A stretch of DNA of 64,000 nt from Phycisphaerales bacterium (GTDB lineage: Bacteria > Planctomycetota > Phycisphaerae > WQYP01): positions 1 to 64,000 of the forward strand of contig DAIDJN010000063.1 of NCBI GenBank assembly GCA_027451365.1, in the 5' to 3' direction. The notes beneath the pieces are model-generated. The model did no database searches. It saw nothing but the letters and a program-made list of their open reading frames with translations, and was not told the origin of the DNA. A program made the translations under genes and the position numbers. The number at the start of each line of letters is the position of its first letter. Within the stretch, counting starts at the first letter, position 1. This document shows positions 39,291-49,392 of this stretch, piece by piece.

Positions 39291-40540
39291 CCAGCCCACC
39301 GGCACAAACCCAACCGCGTGCCACCGCGGGAGTGGATTCAACCGGGCATCCGCGCGACGTTTTTGGCCGACTGGCGGATCTGACGAAAGCTACGCAGTCC
39401 ATTATTCTGCCCGTGGAAACGGCTGTGGGAATGATCACCGCCGAGCCGCTGAAGGCCGACCGCGACAGCCCTCCTTTTGATGCCAGCGCCGTGGATGGAT
39501 TTGCCGTTTCCCGCGATATACTTAATAATGTCAATACTACCATACCATTAGCGCCCTCGGCCGTGGCGATGGGCTGTGCCCCGCCGGATCTGCCGCCCGG
39601 CCACGCGATTTGCGTCCCGACGGGCGGACCGGTACCCGCTGGTGCGTGCGCCGTTATTCCGCTGGAGGATGTGATTCAGCAGGCGGGCGGCATTCTGATA
39701 CGGCCGGGCGCGGACAATCCGCGGTATACCAACATCCGAAAGCAGGGAGAGAATGCCCGCGCCGGGGATGTTGTTCTGGCCGCCGGTCGCGTGATTCACC
39801 CGGCGGTGGCCGCGGGACTGGCCGCATTTGGCCGCACACACATTGCGGTTCATACACCGGTGAATGTCACCCTGATTATCACGGGCGACGAGCTGATGTC
39901 CCCCAATGCGGTGGAGGTGCCGCATTGGCACATAAGAGATTCCAACGGGCCGGGCCTGCGGGCGGCCGTAGGGGCGTTGAAATGGCTAAACCTGCGGCGG
40001 CTGGTGCGGGTACCGGACAACCTGGAGAGCCTGCGCGCGGCACTGCACGATGCCTTGGCGGATTGCCAATGCATTATTCTGACGGGCGGCGTGTCGGTGG
40101 GCGCACGGGATTTTGCCCGTCCGGCGATTGAATCGGTCGGCGGCAAGGTGCAATTCCATCGGCTGGCAATAAAACCGGGGCGGCCGGTGCTTGGTGCCAT
40201 CGGGCCGGCCGGACAAAGCATTTTCGGCCTGCCGGGAAATCCGGTATCCGCGCAGGTGCTTTTCCGGGCATTCGTTCTGGATGTACTGGCCAGACAGGCC
40301 GGGCTGACTGAAGTGCCGGGGGCCGACGCTTTGCTGCATTTAACCGAGCCGACGGACAGCCTTCCGACGATGCACTGGTTTCGTCCGGTTCGGCGGCTTG
40401 GATTGGACCGCGCAGTCTGTCTGGCCGGTCACGGCTCCGGCGATATACCGATGATGGCCGGTTCCGACGGCTTTGTGGAAATTTGCCCTGGCGCGGCGGG
40501 TTCAGGCCCTTATCCGTTCTACCGATGGAGTGGCTCATGA
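39287..40540 (+). CDS. moeA: Molybdopterin molybdotransferase
   Basis: SPPFDASAVDGFA, TGDEL, IRDSNG, TGGVSVG, IKPGRP, GLPGNPVS. Confidence 0.92.
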   Translation: MTSPPAQTQPRATAGVDSTGHPRDVFGRLADLTKATQSIILPVETAVGMITAEPLKADRDSPPFDASAVDGFAVSRDILNNVNTTIPLAPSAVAMGCAPPDLPPGHAICVPTGGPVPAGACAVIPLEDVIQQAGGILIRPGADNPRYTNIRKQGENARAGDVVLAAGRVIHPAVAAGLAAFGRTHIAVHTPVNVTLIITGDELMSPNAVEVPHWHIRDSNGPGLRAAVGALKWLNLRRLVRVPDNLESLRAALHDALADCQCIILTGGVSVGARDFARPAIESVGGKVQFHRLAIKPGRPVLGAIGPAGQSIFGLPGNPVSAQVLFRAFVLDVLARQAGLTEVPGADALLHLTEPTDSLPTMHWFRPVRRLGLDRAVCLAGHGSGDIPMMAGSDGFVEICPGAAGSGPYPFYRWSGS

Positions 40541-41046
40541 AAAAACGCACCGCAAAAAAGCTCAGCCATATCAATGCGAATCATCAGGCGGCGATGGTGG
40601 ATGTGGGCCAAAAGCCGATCACCGCCCGCACGGCCACCGCCGCGGGCACGGTACACATAAGCCCGGCGCTGGCCAGCGCGATTCGTCGCAACCTGTTGGC
40701 CAAAGGAGATGTTCTGGCCACCGCCCGGCTGGCGGGTATTATGGCATGCAAACGAACGGCGGAAATAATTCCACTCTGCCACAGCATTCCTCTGGAAATA
40801 ATTGAGGTGCAGGTGGCCCTGCGCCGGGGGGTGGTGCATATTCAGGCAACGGTGCGCGCCTGCTGGAAAACCGGCGTGGAAATGGAGGCCCTTGTCGCGG
40901 TTACCGCGGCGGCTTTAACGGTGTACGACATGGGCAAAGCGGTGGATCGCGGCATGGTGATTGGCAGCATTCGCCTGCTGACTAAAACTGGCGGCACCCG
41001 GGGGGACTACCGCGCGCCGGATACAGCATCAGGAGCGGCACCATGA
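40537..41046 (+). CDS. moaC: Cyclic pyranopterin monophosphate synthase
   Basis: MVDVGQK, KGDVL, IPLCH, TGVEMEAL, YDMGKAVD, KTGG. Confidence 0.93.
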   Translation: MKKRTAKKLSHINANHQAAMVDVGQKPITARTATAAGTVHISPALASAIRRNLLAKGDVLATARLAGIMACKRTAEIIPLCHSIPLEIIEVQVALRRGVVHIQATVRACWKTGVEMEALVAVTAAALTVYDMGKAVDRGMVIGSIRLLTKTGGTRGDYRAPDTASGAAP

Positions 41047-41582
41047 ACGACCGGGAATTGTCCATCGCCGTTCTGACCTGTTCAGACCGCTGCTTCGCCG
41101 GCAACACCATGAACACCGGTGGGCCGGCAGTGGCGCAAGCCGCTGTGCGGATTCTGGGTGGCCAGGTAGTCGCGGAATGCTGTGTACCCGATAATCAGGC
41201 GGCCATTTGTGAACAGTTGCGCCGTTGGACTCAGACGGGAGCCGAGATTCAACCGGATATCATATTTACCACCGGCGGGACCGGACTTGCGCCGCGGGAT
41301 GTTACGCCGGAAGCCACGCTGGCCGTGCTGGACCGGCGGTGCGCCGGCCTTATGGAACTCGCCCGGCTGCGCTGCATGGGCAAAAATCCACGGGCCTGCC
41401 TTTCACGCGGGGAAGCGGGCACCGTGGGACAGCAACTGATTATCAACCTTCCCGGATCGCCGCGCGGCGCGGTGGAAATGATCGAGGCGCTGGCCGATAT
41501 TCTGCCCCATGCGCTGGGCGTATTGCACGGCCAGGACAATCATCCGGACAGCCGCGTGCCTCCACCACACGCGGAGCCTTAA
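41043..41582 (+). CDS. mog: MogA/MoaB family molybdopterin adenylyltransferase
   Basis: LTCSD, TTGGTGLAPRDVTPEA, INLPGSP. Confidence 0.88.
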   Translation: MNDRELSIAVLTCSDRCFAGNTMNTGGPAVAQAAVRILGGQVVAECCVPDNQAAICEQLRRWTQTGAEIQPDIIFTTGGTGLAPRDVTPEATLAVLDRRCAGLMELARLRCMGKNPRACLSRGEAGTVGQQLIINLPGSPRGAVEMIEALADILPHALGVLHGQDNHPDSRVPPPHAEP

Positions 41583-42212
41583 ATGATTCAGCCGATTGCA
41601 TGCATTCTGGCTGGCGGCCGCAGCAGCCGATTTGGTTCGGATAAAGCGCGGGCGCGGATTGGCGATGCCGTGCAGATTGTGCGTGTGGCCCGCGCAATCG
41701 AACCGTTCGCATCCGAAGTGATTATCGCCGCCGAAACCGCCGGTAAATATGCGGACCTTGGCCTGAAAACCATTGCCGATCACGCGCCGCGCCAGGGGCC
41801 GGCGGGCGGCCTGCGGACAGCGCTGGAATATGCCGGGCCGGACCGGTGCGTGCTGCTAGTTTCCTGCGACCTTCTGGAAATTCGTCCGCAATGGCTGCAA
41901 CGGTTAATTCTGGCGGCGGAAAATTATTTTCCAGCCTGCTCCGCGGTTGACGCCGCGACACCCGCACCGCGAGCCGTGGCATTCCGACATACGCATTGGG
42001 AACCGCTGGTGGCGATGTACCACGGCAGCGCGTTGCGGCGAATAGCTCGCCATTCCGGCGTTGCCGAGGGGCATTCCTCGGCGACCATCGGCTTTTCCGG
42101 GCCGCTCTGGCGGATTCTTGAAACACTTGATGCGGTGGCATTGCCGCTGCCAATCGACTGGCCGGCCAGGGTGCAATTCAATTCACCACTGGAATTGCCG
42201 CAGGAGGGTTAA
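41583..42212 (+). CDS. mobA: Molybdenum cofactor guanylyltransferase
   Basis: ILAGGRSSRFGSDKA, GPAGG, SCDL, EPLVAMY. Confidence 0.88.
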   Translation: MIQPIACILAGGRSSRFGSDKARARIGDAVQIVRVARAIEPFASEVIIAAETAGKYADLGLKTIADHAPRQGPAGGLRTALEYAGPDRCVLLVSCDLLEIRPQWLQRLILAAENYFPACSAVDAATPAPRAVAFRHTHWEPLVAMYHGSALRRIARHSGVAEGHSSATIGFSGPLWRILETLDAVALPLPIDWPARVQFNSPLELPQEG

Positions 42213-42352
42213 ACCGGCTCCTGCGGGATGCGAACGGCCGGAATTAAAAAGTTTTTTTTGCGGATGGTCAGGAAAAAGTCGCAAAGTCCGGCGGGATGCG
42301 ATATTATTCCTGCCGAGGGTGGCATGAAAATTTGAAGGGATGCGTTGGCACT

Positions 42353-43669
42353 ATGGACACTTCTACCCCCGGCATTTCCAGTCTTCCGACGACGGCAACT
42401 ATTACATTCGCGGATAAGACACTGACCTATCCGGTAGTGACCGGAACGGAAGGCGAGCGCGGCATAGATATTTCGCGTTTGCGCGCGGACACCGGCCTAA
42501 TTACCCTCGACCAGGGCTACGGCAATACCGGATCATGTCAAAGCGCGATCACTTACATTGATGGCGACCAGGGTATTCTGCGCTACCGCGGAATTCCGAT
42601 AGAGGAATTTGCGAAAAGCCCGGACTTTATTGAAGTGGCGTGGCTGCTTATTTTCGGTCGCCTGCCCAACGCGACGGAATCGACGCGGTTTCGCGCCCGG
42701 CTGACAGCCAATGCCCACCTGCATGAGGCAATGAAACATACTTTTGAAGGCTTCCCGGCCACCGCTCCGCCCATGGCGATTACGTCCGCCATGATTAATA
42801 CACTCGGCTGTTTTCATCCGGAAATGTTTCTGATTCGGGATGAGGAGGTTTTTGAAGAGGCGGCCGCTCGCCTGATCAGCAAAATCCGAACGATAGCGGC
42901 ATTCACCTATCGGCGGGTCAATGGACTGCCATATATTTATCCAAATCCGAAACTGCGGTATTGCGACAACCTGCTGCACATGATGTTTTCCATGCCGTAT
43001 GACCAGCGCGTGCCGGACCCGGAAATTTCCCTGGCCATGAACCTGATTTTTATTCTTCACGCGGACCATGAACAGAACTGCTCCACCAGCACGGTGCGGA
43101 TGGTCGGCAGCAGCAAGGCCAACCTGTTTGCCAGTTGCGCCGCCGGGGTCTGCGCCCTTTGGGGGCCGCTGCATGGCGGCGCGAACGTGGAAGTGCTTGA
43201 AATGCTGGGGCAGATTCATCAGGGCGGACTGACGGCTGAAAAATACATTGAAATGGCCAAGCAGAAGGGAAGCGGAACACGCCTGATGGGCTTCGGTCAC
43301 CGTGTCTACAAGAATTACGACCCGCGTGCGAAAATGCTGCAAAGTGTATGCGAACGCGTGCTCAAAAAAATGAATTCCCGCGACCCCCTTCTGGACATTG
43401 CCCGCAAGCTGGAAGAACTGGCCCTGAAGGACCAGTATTTTATAGACCGCAAACTGTATCCGAATGTCGATTTCTACAGCGGCCTGATTATGCGCGCCGT
43501 CGGCATTCCCACCAACATGTTTACCGTCATGTTCGCCATCGGACGCCTGCCGGGCTGGGTGGCCCATTGGAAAGAACAGCATGATGATGCGTCTTCCAAA
43601 ATTGCCCGGCCACGACAGATTTACACCGGACCGGTGAACCGGCATTATGTGCCGATGGAATTGCGCTAA
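42353..43669 (+). CDS. gltA: Citrate synthase
   Basis: LHADHEQNCSTS, LWGPLHGGAN, LMGFGHRVYKNYDPRA, YPNVDFYSG. Confidence 0.96.
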   Translation: MDTSTPGISSLPTTATITFADKTLTYPVVTGTEGERGIDISRLRADTGLITLDQGYGNTGSCQSAITYIDGDQGILRYRGIPIEEFAKSPDFIEVAWLLIFGRLPNATESTRFRARLTANAHLHEAMKHTFEGFPATAPPMAITSAMINTLGCFHPEMFLIRDEEVFEEAAARLISKIRTIAAFTYRRVNGLPYIYPNPKLRYCDNLLHMMFSMPYDQRVPDPEISLAMNLIFILHADHEQNCSTSTVRMVGSSKANLFASCAAGVCALWGPLHGGANVEVLEMLGQIHQGGLTAEKYIEMAKQKGSGTRLMGFGHRVYKNYDPRAKMLQSVCERVLKKMNSRDPLLDIARKLEELALKDQYFIDRKLYPNVDFYSGLIMRAVGIPTNMFTVMFAIGRLPGWVAHWKEQHDDASSKIARPRQIYTGPVNRHYVPMELR

Positions 43670-43769
43670 GGTGCCGGCGCCATATTTGCGAAGCGGCACC
43701 GGTACGCTGTCGCGCCCGCAAATCGCAAATCAGGATTGACGGAGGGCTGGCCTTACTTGAGGAGCAGAC

Positions 43770-44732
43770 ATGCAATATCGGCGGTTGGGTGACGCGGGCG
43801 TGCGGCTTTCGGAAATCGGCCTTGGCGGCTGGCTTACCGTGGGCAACGCGCAGGAAATGGAACAGACCAGTGCCGTATTGAACAAGGCGTTTGAACTGGG
43901 CATTAATTTTCTGGACACCGCCAACGTCTATGCCGGCGGCAAGGCCGAGGAAGTATGGGGACAGTTGCTGGCCCCGCGACGCCGCAGCGATTACGTTCTG
44001 GCCAGCAAAGTATTTTTCCCCATGGGGCCTGGCCCCAACGACCATGGCCTGTCGCGCAAACATATTTTTGAACAATGCCATGCCAGCCTCAAACGGCTGC
44101 GCACTGATTACATTGATCTGTACCAGTGCCACCGCTACGCCATTGCCGGCATTGACGATGGCGTCGGTCTGGAAGAAACCATTCGCGCGATGGATGACCT
44201 GATTCATCAGGGAAAGGTGCTGTACTGGGGATTTTCCGAATGGCCTGTTGAAAAAATTGTAGAGGCGCTGGGCATCTGCGGCGACCGTTTTTACAAACCC
44301 AAAAGCAGTCAGCCGCGCTACAGCGCCATACAGCGGCATTGGGAAGAGCCGCTGTTTCCGCTCTGTCATGCCGCGGGCATCGGTCAGGTGGTATTTTCAC
44401 CGCTGGCGCAGGGAATTTTGTCGGGCAAATACAAGCCGGGGCAGCCGCTGCCACCGGACAGCCGCGCCGCGGACGACCGTCAGAACCAGTTCATTAAACG
44501 AAACGTGGAGGACCAGGAACTGCTCAAGCGCGTAGCGCGGCTTGCGCCCATCGCCGCAAAGTTCAAGCTGACAATGTCGCAATTGGCGCTGGCGTGGGTG
44601 CTGCATCACCCGCAGGTCACCAGTTGCATTGTGGGCGCTTCGCGACCGTCACAGCTTGAAGAAAATGCCGCCGCCAGCGGAGTGGCATTGGATGATGCAA
44701 CCGTCAATGAAATCAACACCATCCTGGGATAG
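43770..44732 (+). CDS. Aldo/keto reductase (Kv-beta/Tas-like)
   Basis: GINFLDTANVY, SLKRLRTDYIDLYQCH, FSPLAQG.LSGKY, IVGAS. Confidence 0.92.
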   Translation: MQYRRLGDAGVRLSEIGLGGWLTVGNAQEMEQTSAVLNKAFELGINFLDTANVYAGGKAEEVWGQLLAPRRRSDYVLASKVFFPMGPGPNDHGLSRKHIFEQCHASLKRLRTDYIDLYQCHRYAIAGIDDGVGLEETIRAMDDLIHQGKVLYWGFSEWPVEKIVEALGICGDRFYKPKSSQPRYSAIQRHWEEPLFPLCHAAGIGQVVFSPLAQGILSGKYKPGQPLPPDSRAADDRQNQFIKRNVEDQELLKRVARLAPIAAKFKLTMSQLALAWVLHHPQVTSCIVGASRPSQLEENAAASGVALDDATVNEINTILG

Positions 44733-44851
44733 GCCCCGTTGCGGCCGGCAACGCGGATCAGGTGAATTTAGAACAGGTCAGCAGGAGAGCGAATAAGGAT
44801 GGGACAATAAAGCGGCTGTCGCCGAAACGCAACGCCGCGCCTGCGGTCTTT

Positions 44852-45239
44852 TTGGGGGTCGGGACTCTGGCCCGACAATCGTCAATCGCTTGGGGCGCGG
44901 GCGGCTTGCCGACCGCAGAAATCCTGATCTGAAATTTTAAATCCACACGCGCCATCCCCGGTCTACGCGTGCCCCAGCGTCCCCTGCGGCGAATTTTACG
45001 TCAACCTCCCGCGCGGTAAGGCAAGGCCCAAAAATGGGTTGCCCGCGTGCCGGACGCCATCTTCCGTTAACTCCGTGGCTCACTGATTAATTTCAGCCGG
45101 CGGCATAACGCATAGACATATGATTATTTGGCTATTCATTTAAGAACGTGCCCCATGTGCCGCCCTATACGCTTATCCTTCAATATCTGAGTGAACGCCT
45201 GTGGTGCACGACCTGTCGGGCGGGACGCCCGACCCCCAA
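44852..45239. repeat. REP-like palindromes in inverted orientation
   Basis: TTGGGGGTCGGGACTCTGGCCCGAC (44852) versus GTCGGGCGGGACGCCCGACCCCCAA (45215), plus a degenerate copy near 44890. Confidence 0.5.
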
Positions 45240-45351
45240 TCTTTGGGCCGCAGCAATGCAGAGGAGGTGAGCAGCAGAGCGGATAACGGGCGGGATGACT
45301 GTGCTTTAACAAAAGACAAGAATGTCTGTCTCACCGAGCCGGCGGAGGCAG

Positions 45352-46080
45352 TCAGCGGTTGAAGCGGTTGATTTCCCCCCAGCGTTCATGCCAGATGGTA
45401 TAAAGGATTTTGACTCCAGCGGAAAAAACGCCGCGCAAGGTACCGGAAATTTTTGATTTTCCAATTCGCCGCCGGTAATCCACCGGAATTTCCAGGCAGC
45501 GCAAGCCCGCCTGGGCACAGCGAATCTGCATTTGAATGGTCCAGCCGAAGTCGGGGTCATCCATCTTTAATAAAGCCAGACTGCGGGCGCCAATGGCGCG
45601 AAACGGACCAAGGTCTGTGTAACGGGCCTGCCAGATTGCGTGCATAAGCATACAGGCCAGCGCGCCACCAAGGCGCTGCTGGAGTGTAAGGGAACCGCGC
45701 TGGCGTTGGCCCAGAATCCGCGAGCCTGCGACAAAATCGGCGCGGTTTTCCACAATCGGCTTCACCAGTTGATCCATCCGGGCGGGATAATCGCTTAGGT
45801 CGCCATCCACAAAGACCACCACATCAGGCCGGTCTGCGGCACCTATGCCGGCCAGGCACGCACTGCCATAGCCGCGGCGCGCGGCATGAACCACCCGTCC
45901 GCCATGCGCGACGGCCATATCCACCGTGCGATCGGTCGAGCCGTTGTCACAGACAATAATTTCCGTCACCCAGCCGGGAATTTCATCTATGACCGCCCCA
46001 ATCGAATGCTCTTCATTCAGTGCGGGAATCACCACTGAAATGCGGCAATCCGGCGGAAGCCAGGCGGGAAAGGACTCCAT
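45352..46080 (-). CDS. Glycosyltransferase family 2
   Basis: VVIPALNEE, CDNGSTD, GYGSACLAG, FVDGD, TDLGPFRAI. Confidence 0.9.
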   Translation of the reverse strand: MESFPAWLPPDCRISVVIPALNEEHSIGAVIDEIPGWVTEIIVCDNGSTDRTVDMAVAHGGRVVHAARRGYGSACLAGIGAADRPDVVVFVDGDLSDYPARMDQLVKPIVENRADFVAGSRILGQRQRGSLTLQQRLGGALACMLMHAIWQARYTDLGPFRAIGARSLALLKMDDPDFGWTIQMQIRCAQAGLRCLEIPVDYRRRIGKSKISGTLRGVFSAGVKILYTIWHERWGEINRFNR

Positions 46081-46140
46081 GAAAATGCTCTATTCGTATA
46101 ATGGGGAGAGCGGCATACCGCGCAGGCGGCCCGCACAATC

Positions 46141-47931
46141 TTAGCCGGCTATGCTTCCTGCGGAATATTCGCGCGTCCGGGCATTGGCGATGGCTCGCTC
46201 AATTCCCGGCAGAACGTAGTCCTTGGCCACAACTTCCCAACTCATGCGCCGCGCCAGGGCATAACCCTGCTGAAGATTGGCTTCAAAATGCACCGGCTTG
46301 CGGGGCAGCCTGCGGAAAATTTCGTTGGCAATATCACCGGCGACCGCCGATTCAACAAGGTCGCGGGCCTTGCGGTCCATGTGCAGGAAATCCTCTATGC
46401 GTTCACCTTTTATTTCAGTGGAGACGGTGTAATCAACCGGCAGCGCGTTTTCGGTTTCTCCACCGGCGGCATGGCGCACAAAGCCTGCGCAACCGCACAA
46501 AGATGTAAACACGCACAATCCACCAAAGGAAATCGGTTCCACCTGGGCAATGCCGAAAGGCTCATAAATGGACTGGCCAAATTCCACATCCGACCCGTGC
46601 CGGATATCCATAAATTCCATATCCTGCGGCATGCGTTCGCCGCAAACCCGCCAGTCAAACCCGAACTGATTGATATACACCACCTTGCAGTTTCGGCTGC
46701 GGGCGTTGAATTCCTGAACGCCGGCGTAAAAGGCGGCTTCACCACCGGTCAGATCCGGATAACCTTCGCGATGTGCCACGGGCCATTTGTAGCCGGATTC
46801 CATGTTGCGGATATCATCTCCGCGACGCGCGGAAGTTTCGGTGGAAAGGACAAAAAGAACCGCCGAGCGGTTTTCATGGCGAAACAGCCGTTCGAGATGG
46901 TCCATCACTGTAATATCCCGCCAGAGGCCTTTGGAAAGCACCATTCGGGTAACATGGGTAAAAATATAATCCGGCCTGAAATCCAGCAGATTTTCGCAGT
47001 AATGCTGCAATCGGGTGCGGGAGGCCATCTTTTCCTCCAACGATATCTCAAATGACGGGACGCCGTTGTAAGCAAGGTCAATATTGCGGCTTTTAAAGGC
47101 CTGATCCAGAAAGCGGAATTCATCCGCGACGTAATCGCCCACGGCGAAAATGTTGTCGCAATATTTCGCGGCCACCACCAGCGGGGTCTTGTAGAATGAA
47201 TTTTGAGACCCGAACACATCGGTGACATATTTGTGCTGCTTCTGGGCCAGCCGCATGGCGTTGTAAAATGCGACATCATGACCGGGATGGGCTTCGACAA
47301 TTCGGCGCATGGGGGCAACTTCATGCGCATAAAAAATGGTCCGGAACTGCGCCGGCGCGTTAAGAATTGCCGCCAGCACGGTCGGCATTCCCATGTATTC
47401 GTGGGAAAAAATAATCGCAGGGTCCGGTCCGGAGCCGCAGCCCATGGCCAGTAGCGCATCAACCGCCGGTTCAGCGATGCGGCAATACTGTTCAAAATCC
47501 CAGATATGGTCGTACTGGTTGGATTCTATTCCGAAACGCTCAAACAGGCGGAACTTGAATTTAGCCATGCGGGCTTCATCGTAGTGGCCTACACTGAAAA
47601 GAAGAACTTCCGGATGTGATTTGACGCCCGTGAATTTGTCAAAAAAAACCTTGCGGCCATATACGATACTCACGTGGTAACGGCGTTCGACTTCCGAAAA
47701 AGCGGCAGCCAGCGGATGGCGCACAATACCATCCATAGAGCTGTAAAGCACTTCACCACCATCACCCAGGCGCGATTCCGCCGGGCCATGGGTATCAAAC
47801 AGCGGTCCAACGAGGATATCACGATCGATCGCCTGGGAATAATTTTTGGCCGTCAGCAGCCCATGCAGAACCGCGCCGATTCCGCCAATTTTCTGTACCG
47901 CCTCATGGGTCACGTGCACAACAGTTTTCAT
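46141..47931 (-). CDS. GT-B glycosyltransferase resembling GT3-type glycogen synthase
   Basis: N-terminal THEAVQKIGGIGAVL (cf. KxGGI), HEYM, NGVP, SKG, and E-X7-E motif YEPFGIAQVE. Confidence 0.65.
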   Translation of the reverse strand: MKTVVHVTHEAVQKIGGIGAVLHGLLTAKNYSQAIDRDILVGPLFDTHGPAESRLGDGGEVLYSSMDGIVRHPLAAAFSEVERRYHVSIVYGRKVFFDKFTGVKSHPEVLLFSVGHYDEARMAKFKFRLFERFGIESNQYDHIWDFEQYCRIAEPAVDALLAMGCGSGPDPAIIFSHEYMGMPTVLAAILNAPAQFRTIFYAHEVAPMRRIVEAHPGHDVAFYNAMRLAQKQHKYVTDVFGSQNSFYKTPLVVAAKYCDNIFAVGDYVADEFRFLDQAFKSRNIDLAYNGVPSFEISLEEKMASRTRLQHYCENLLDFRPDYIFTHVTRMVLSKGLWRDITVMDHLERLFRHENRSAVLFVLSTETSARRGDDIRNMESGYKWPVAHREGYPDLTGGEAAFYAGVQEFNARSRNCKVVYINQFGFDWRVCGERMPQDMEFMDIRHGSDVEFGQSIYEPFGIAQVEPISFGGLCVFTSLCGCAGFVRHAAGGETENALPVDYTVSTEIKGERIEDFLHMDRKARDLVESAVAGDIANEIFRRLPRKPVHFEANLQQGYALARRMSWEVVAKDYVLPGIERAIANARTREYSAGSIAG

Positions 47932-48635
47932 AGTGGGAATCCTTGTATCTTTCAGTTCCGGCAATTCACCGGAGCTTAGGCCATACCCTGCAACTTTACA
48001 AATCTTCCGGAAATGCCCGGACTATGATGCCGCCTGCTTAAGGGGCAAAAGTTCCGAACCCGCCGAATGATTGTCCATGAATCGACCGGAATGCTCAACT
48101 GGCTATAAAGAATCCTCGGTAAAGCTCCGTGCCTGCTTGCTTCGGGAAGGCCCCTAAGCGGCAATTCGACGATATTTTTGTAATCGTCAGGCGCCGTGGT
48201 GTTCTGGCGATTAAAGAATCAGAATCGCGGCTGTTTTATTTTTCTGGCAGGATGCCGCCAAAAAAAAGCCAGTCGGGCCAGACGCCCGCCGCCCAAAATC
48301 GGCCTGATGCAAAACTGGGCGCTATGTCTGATTTTCGTGTGCAGCAAGCGCCTGAGTCTGTTGCGCCGGGAAATCGGTGTAGTCTCATTTCATGTTTTGG
48401 CTACAGCCACGCCATTTTCCCATCCTTCGTATGTGCCCAGGTTCCTACGCGCAATAGATGCAGGCACTGTGATTCCGGGGCAACGCTGGCGAGCGTTTCA
48501 GTTGGCAGTGTCGTAACGCGAAGGAAACTGATTTTTAGCAAAGCTGCTCGACCATAGCCCTGGCTATACCATGCAATTTTTCCCCTTCCCGAAATAAGCG
48601 GGCACACCCCGCGGTTTTATTTTGGTACTTTTATC

Positions 48636-48664
48636 TTGACATTACGGGTTTACCGGTTTAGCAT
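48636..48664 (+). promoter_or_regulatory. sigma70-type promoter
   Basis: TTGACA-N17-TAGCAT. Confidence 0.55.
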
Positions 48665-49392
48665 GATTATCGGCGGTGATCTGGAAGAGGTTATTCCTTC
48701 CCGGTTTACCAAGGTTTTGCCAACGTCTGGTGTTCGTTTTATTTTTGAACGCCGTTGTGTTGGCTGCCATCATTTTCCTTTTATTTCCCATGCAAGGCCG
48801 TTTCTATTGGCCAGTGCATCGGCTTTCGGTTCCCGCCAAGGTATGCCCGGCTGCCCGTTCTTATGAGCCAAACGGGCGATGCAGCATTCCTATCCGAATG
48901 TTCGCAAATATGCGAATCTTTGATTCGATTTGCGAAATTAATTGGATATGGAAGCTCGGCGTACCCATCCGCTCGGCTGTTCGACGCCGTTTTTTCGCTG
49001 CATCCGCCTGATTATGGCTCTTCTCATTTTTCTTATTCCCATTCATGATGTTCGCGCCCATTGGCCGATACATGAACCGGGAGTTTGAGTAGCGACAGGA
49101 ATGCAAGCGTCCGGCTTTGCGGACGGGGCTGTTGTTGGGCCATGCGGCTCAGGCTTCCGTTTGAATTGCGGACTCATCACGTTTCGGTACGGCTATTTTG
49201 GGCAGTACGGTGTGTTACCGTCGGGCGGCGAAAGCCGCAGTTTGCCCAGCCGCCCCACCCGCACCGGGGAAACCCGGTATTTGATTCGCCGCGGTCTTAT
49301 TATTATTTTGATTGCGGAATAATCAATCGCTCTTATTTTTTCGCCTGCACTCACGCACCAGGCCGCTTGCAGCTTTGAAGGAGGACATTCCC

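Noticed and set aside
44758..45100. Riboswitch or small ORF between the AKR and GT2 genes
   Set aside because: It lies between convergent 3' ends, matches no riboswitch consensus I recognise, and is explained by REP-like palindromes.
48676..49011. 111-aa ORF with a hydrophobic stretch just after the sigma70 promoter
   Set aside because: No SD and no recognisable family; it overlaps predicted RNA hairpins. Not excluded, but unsupported.
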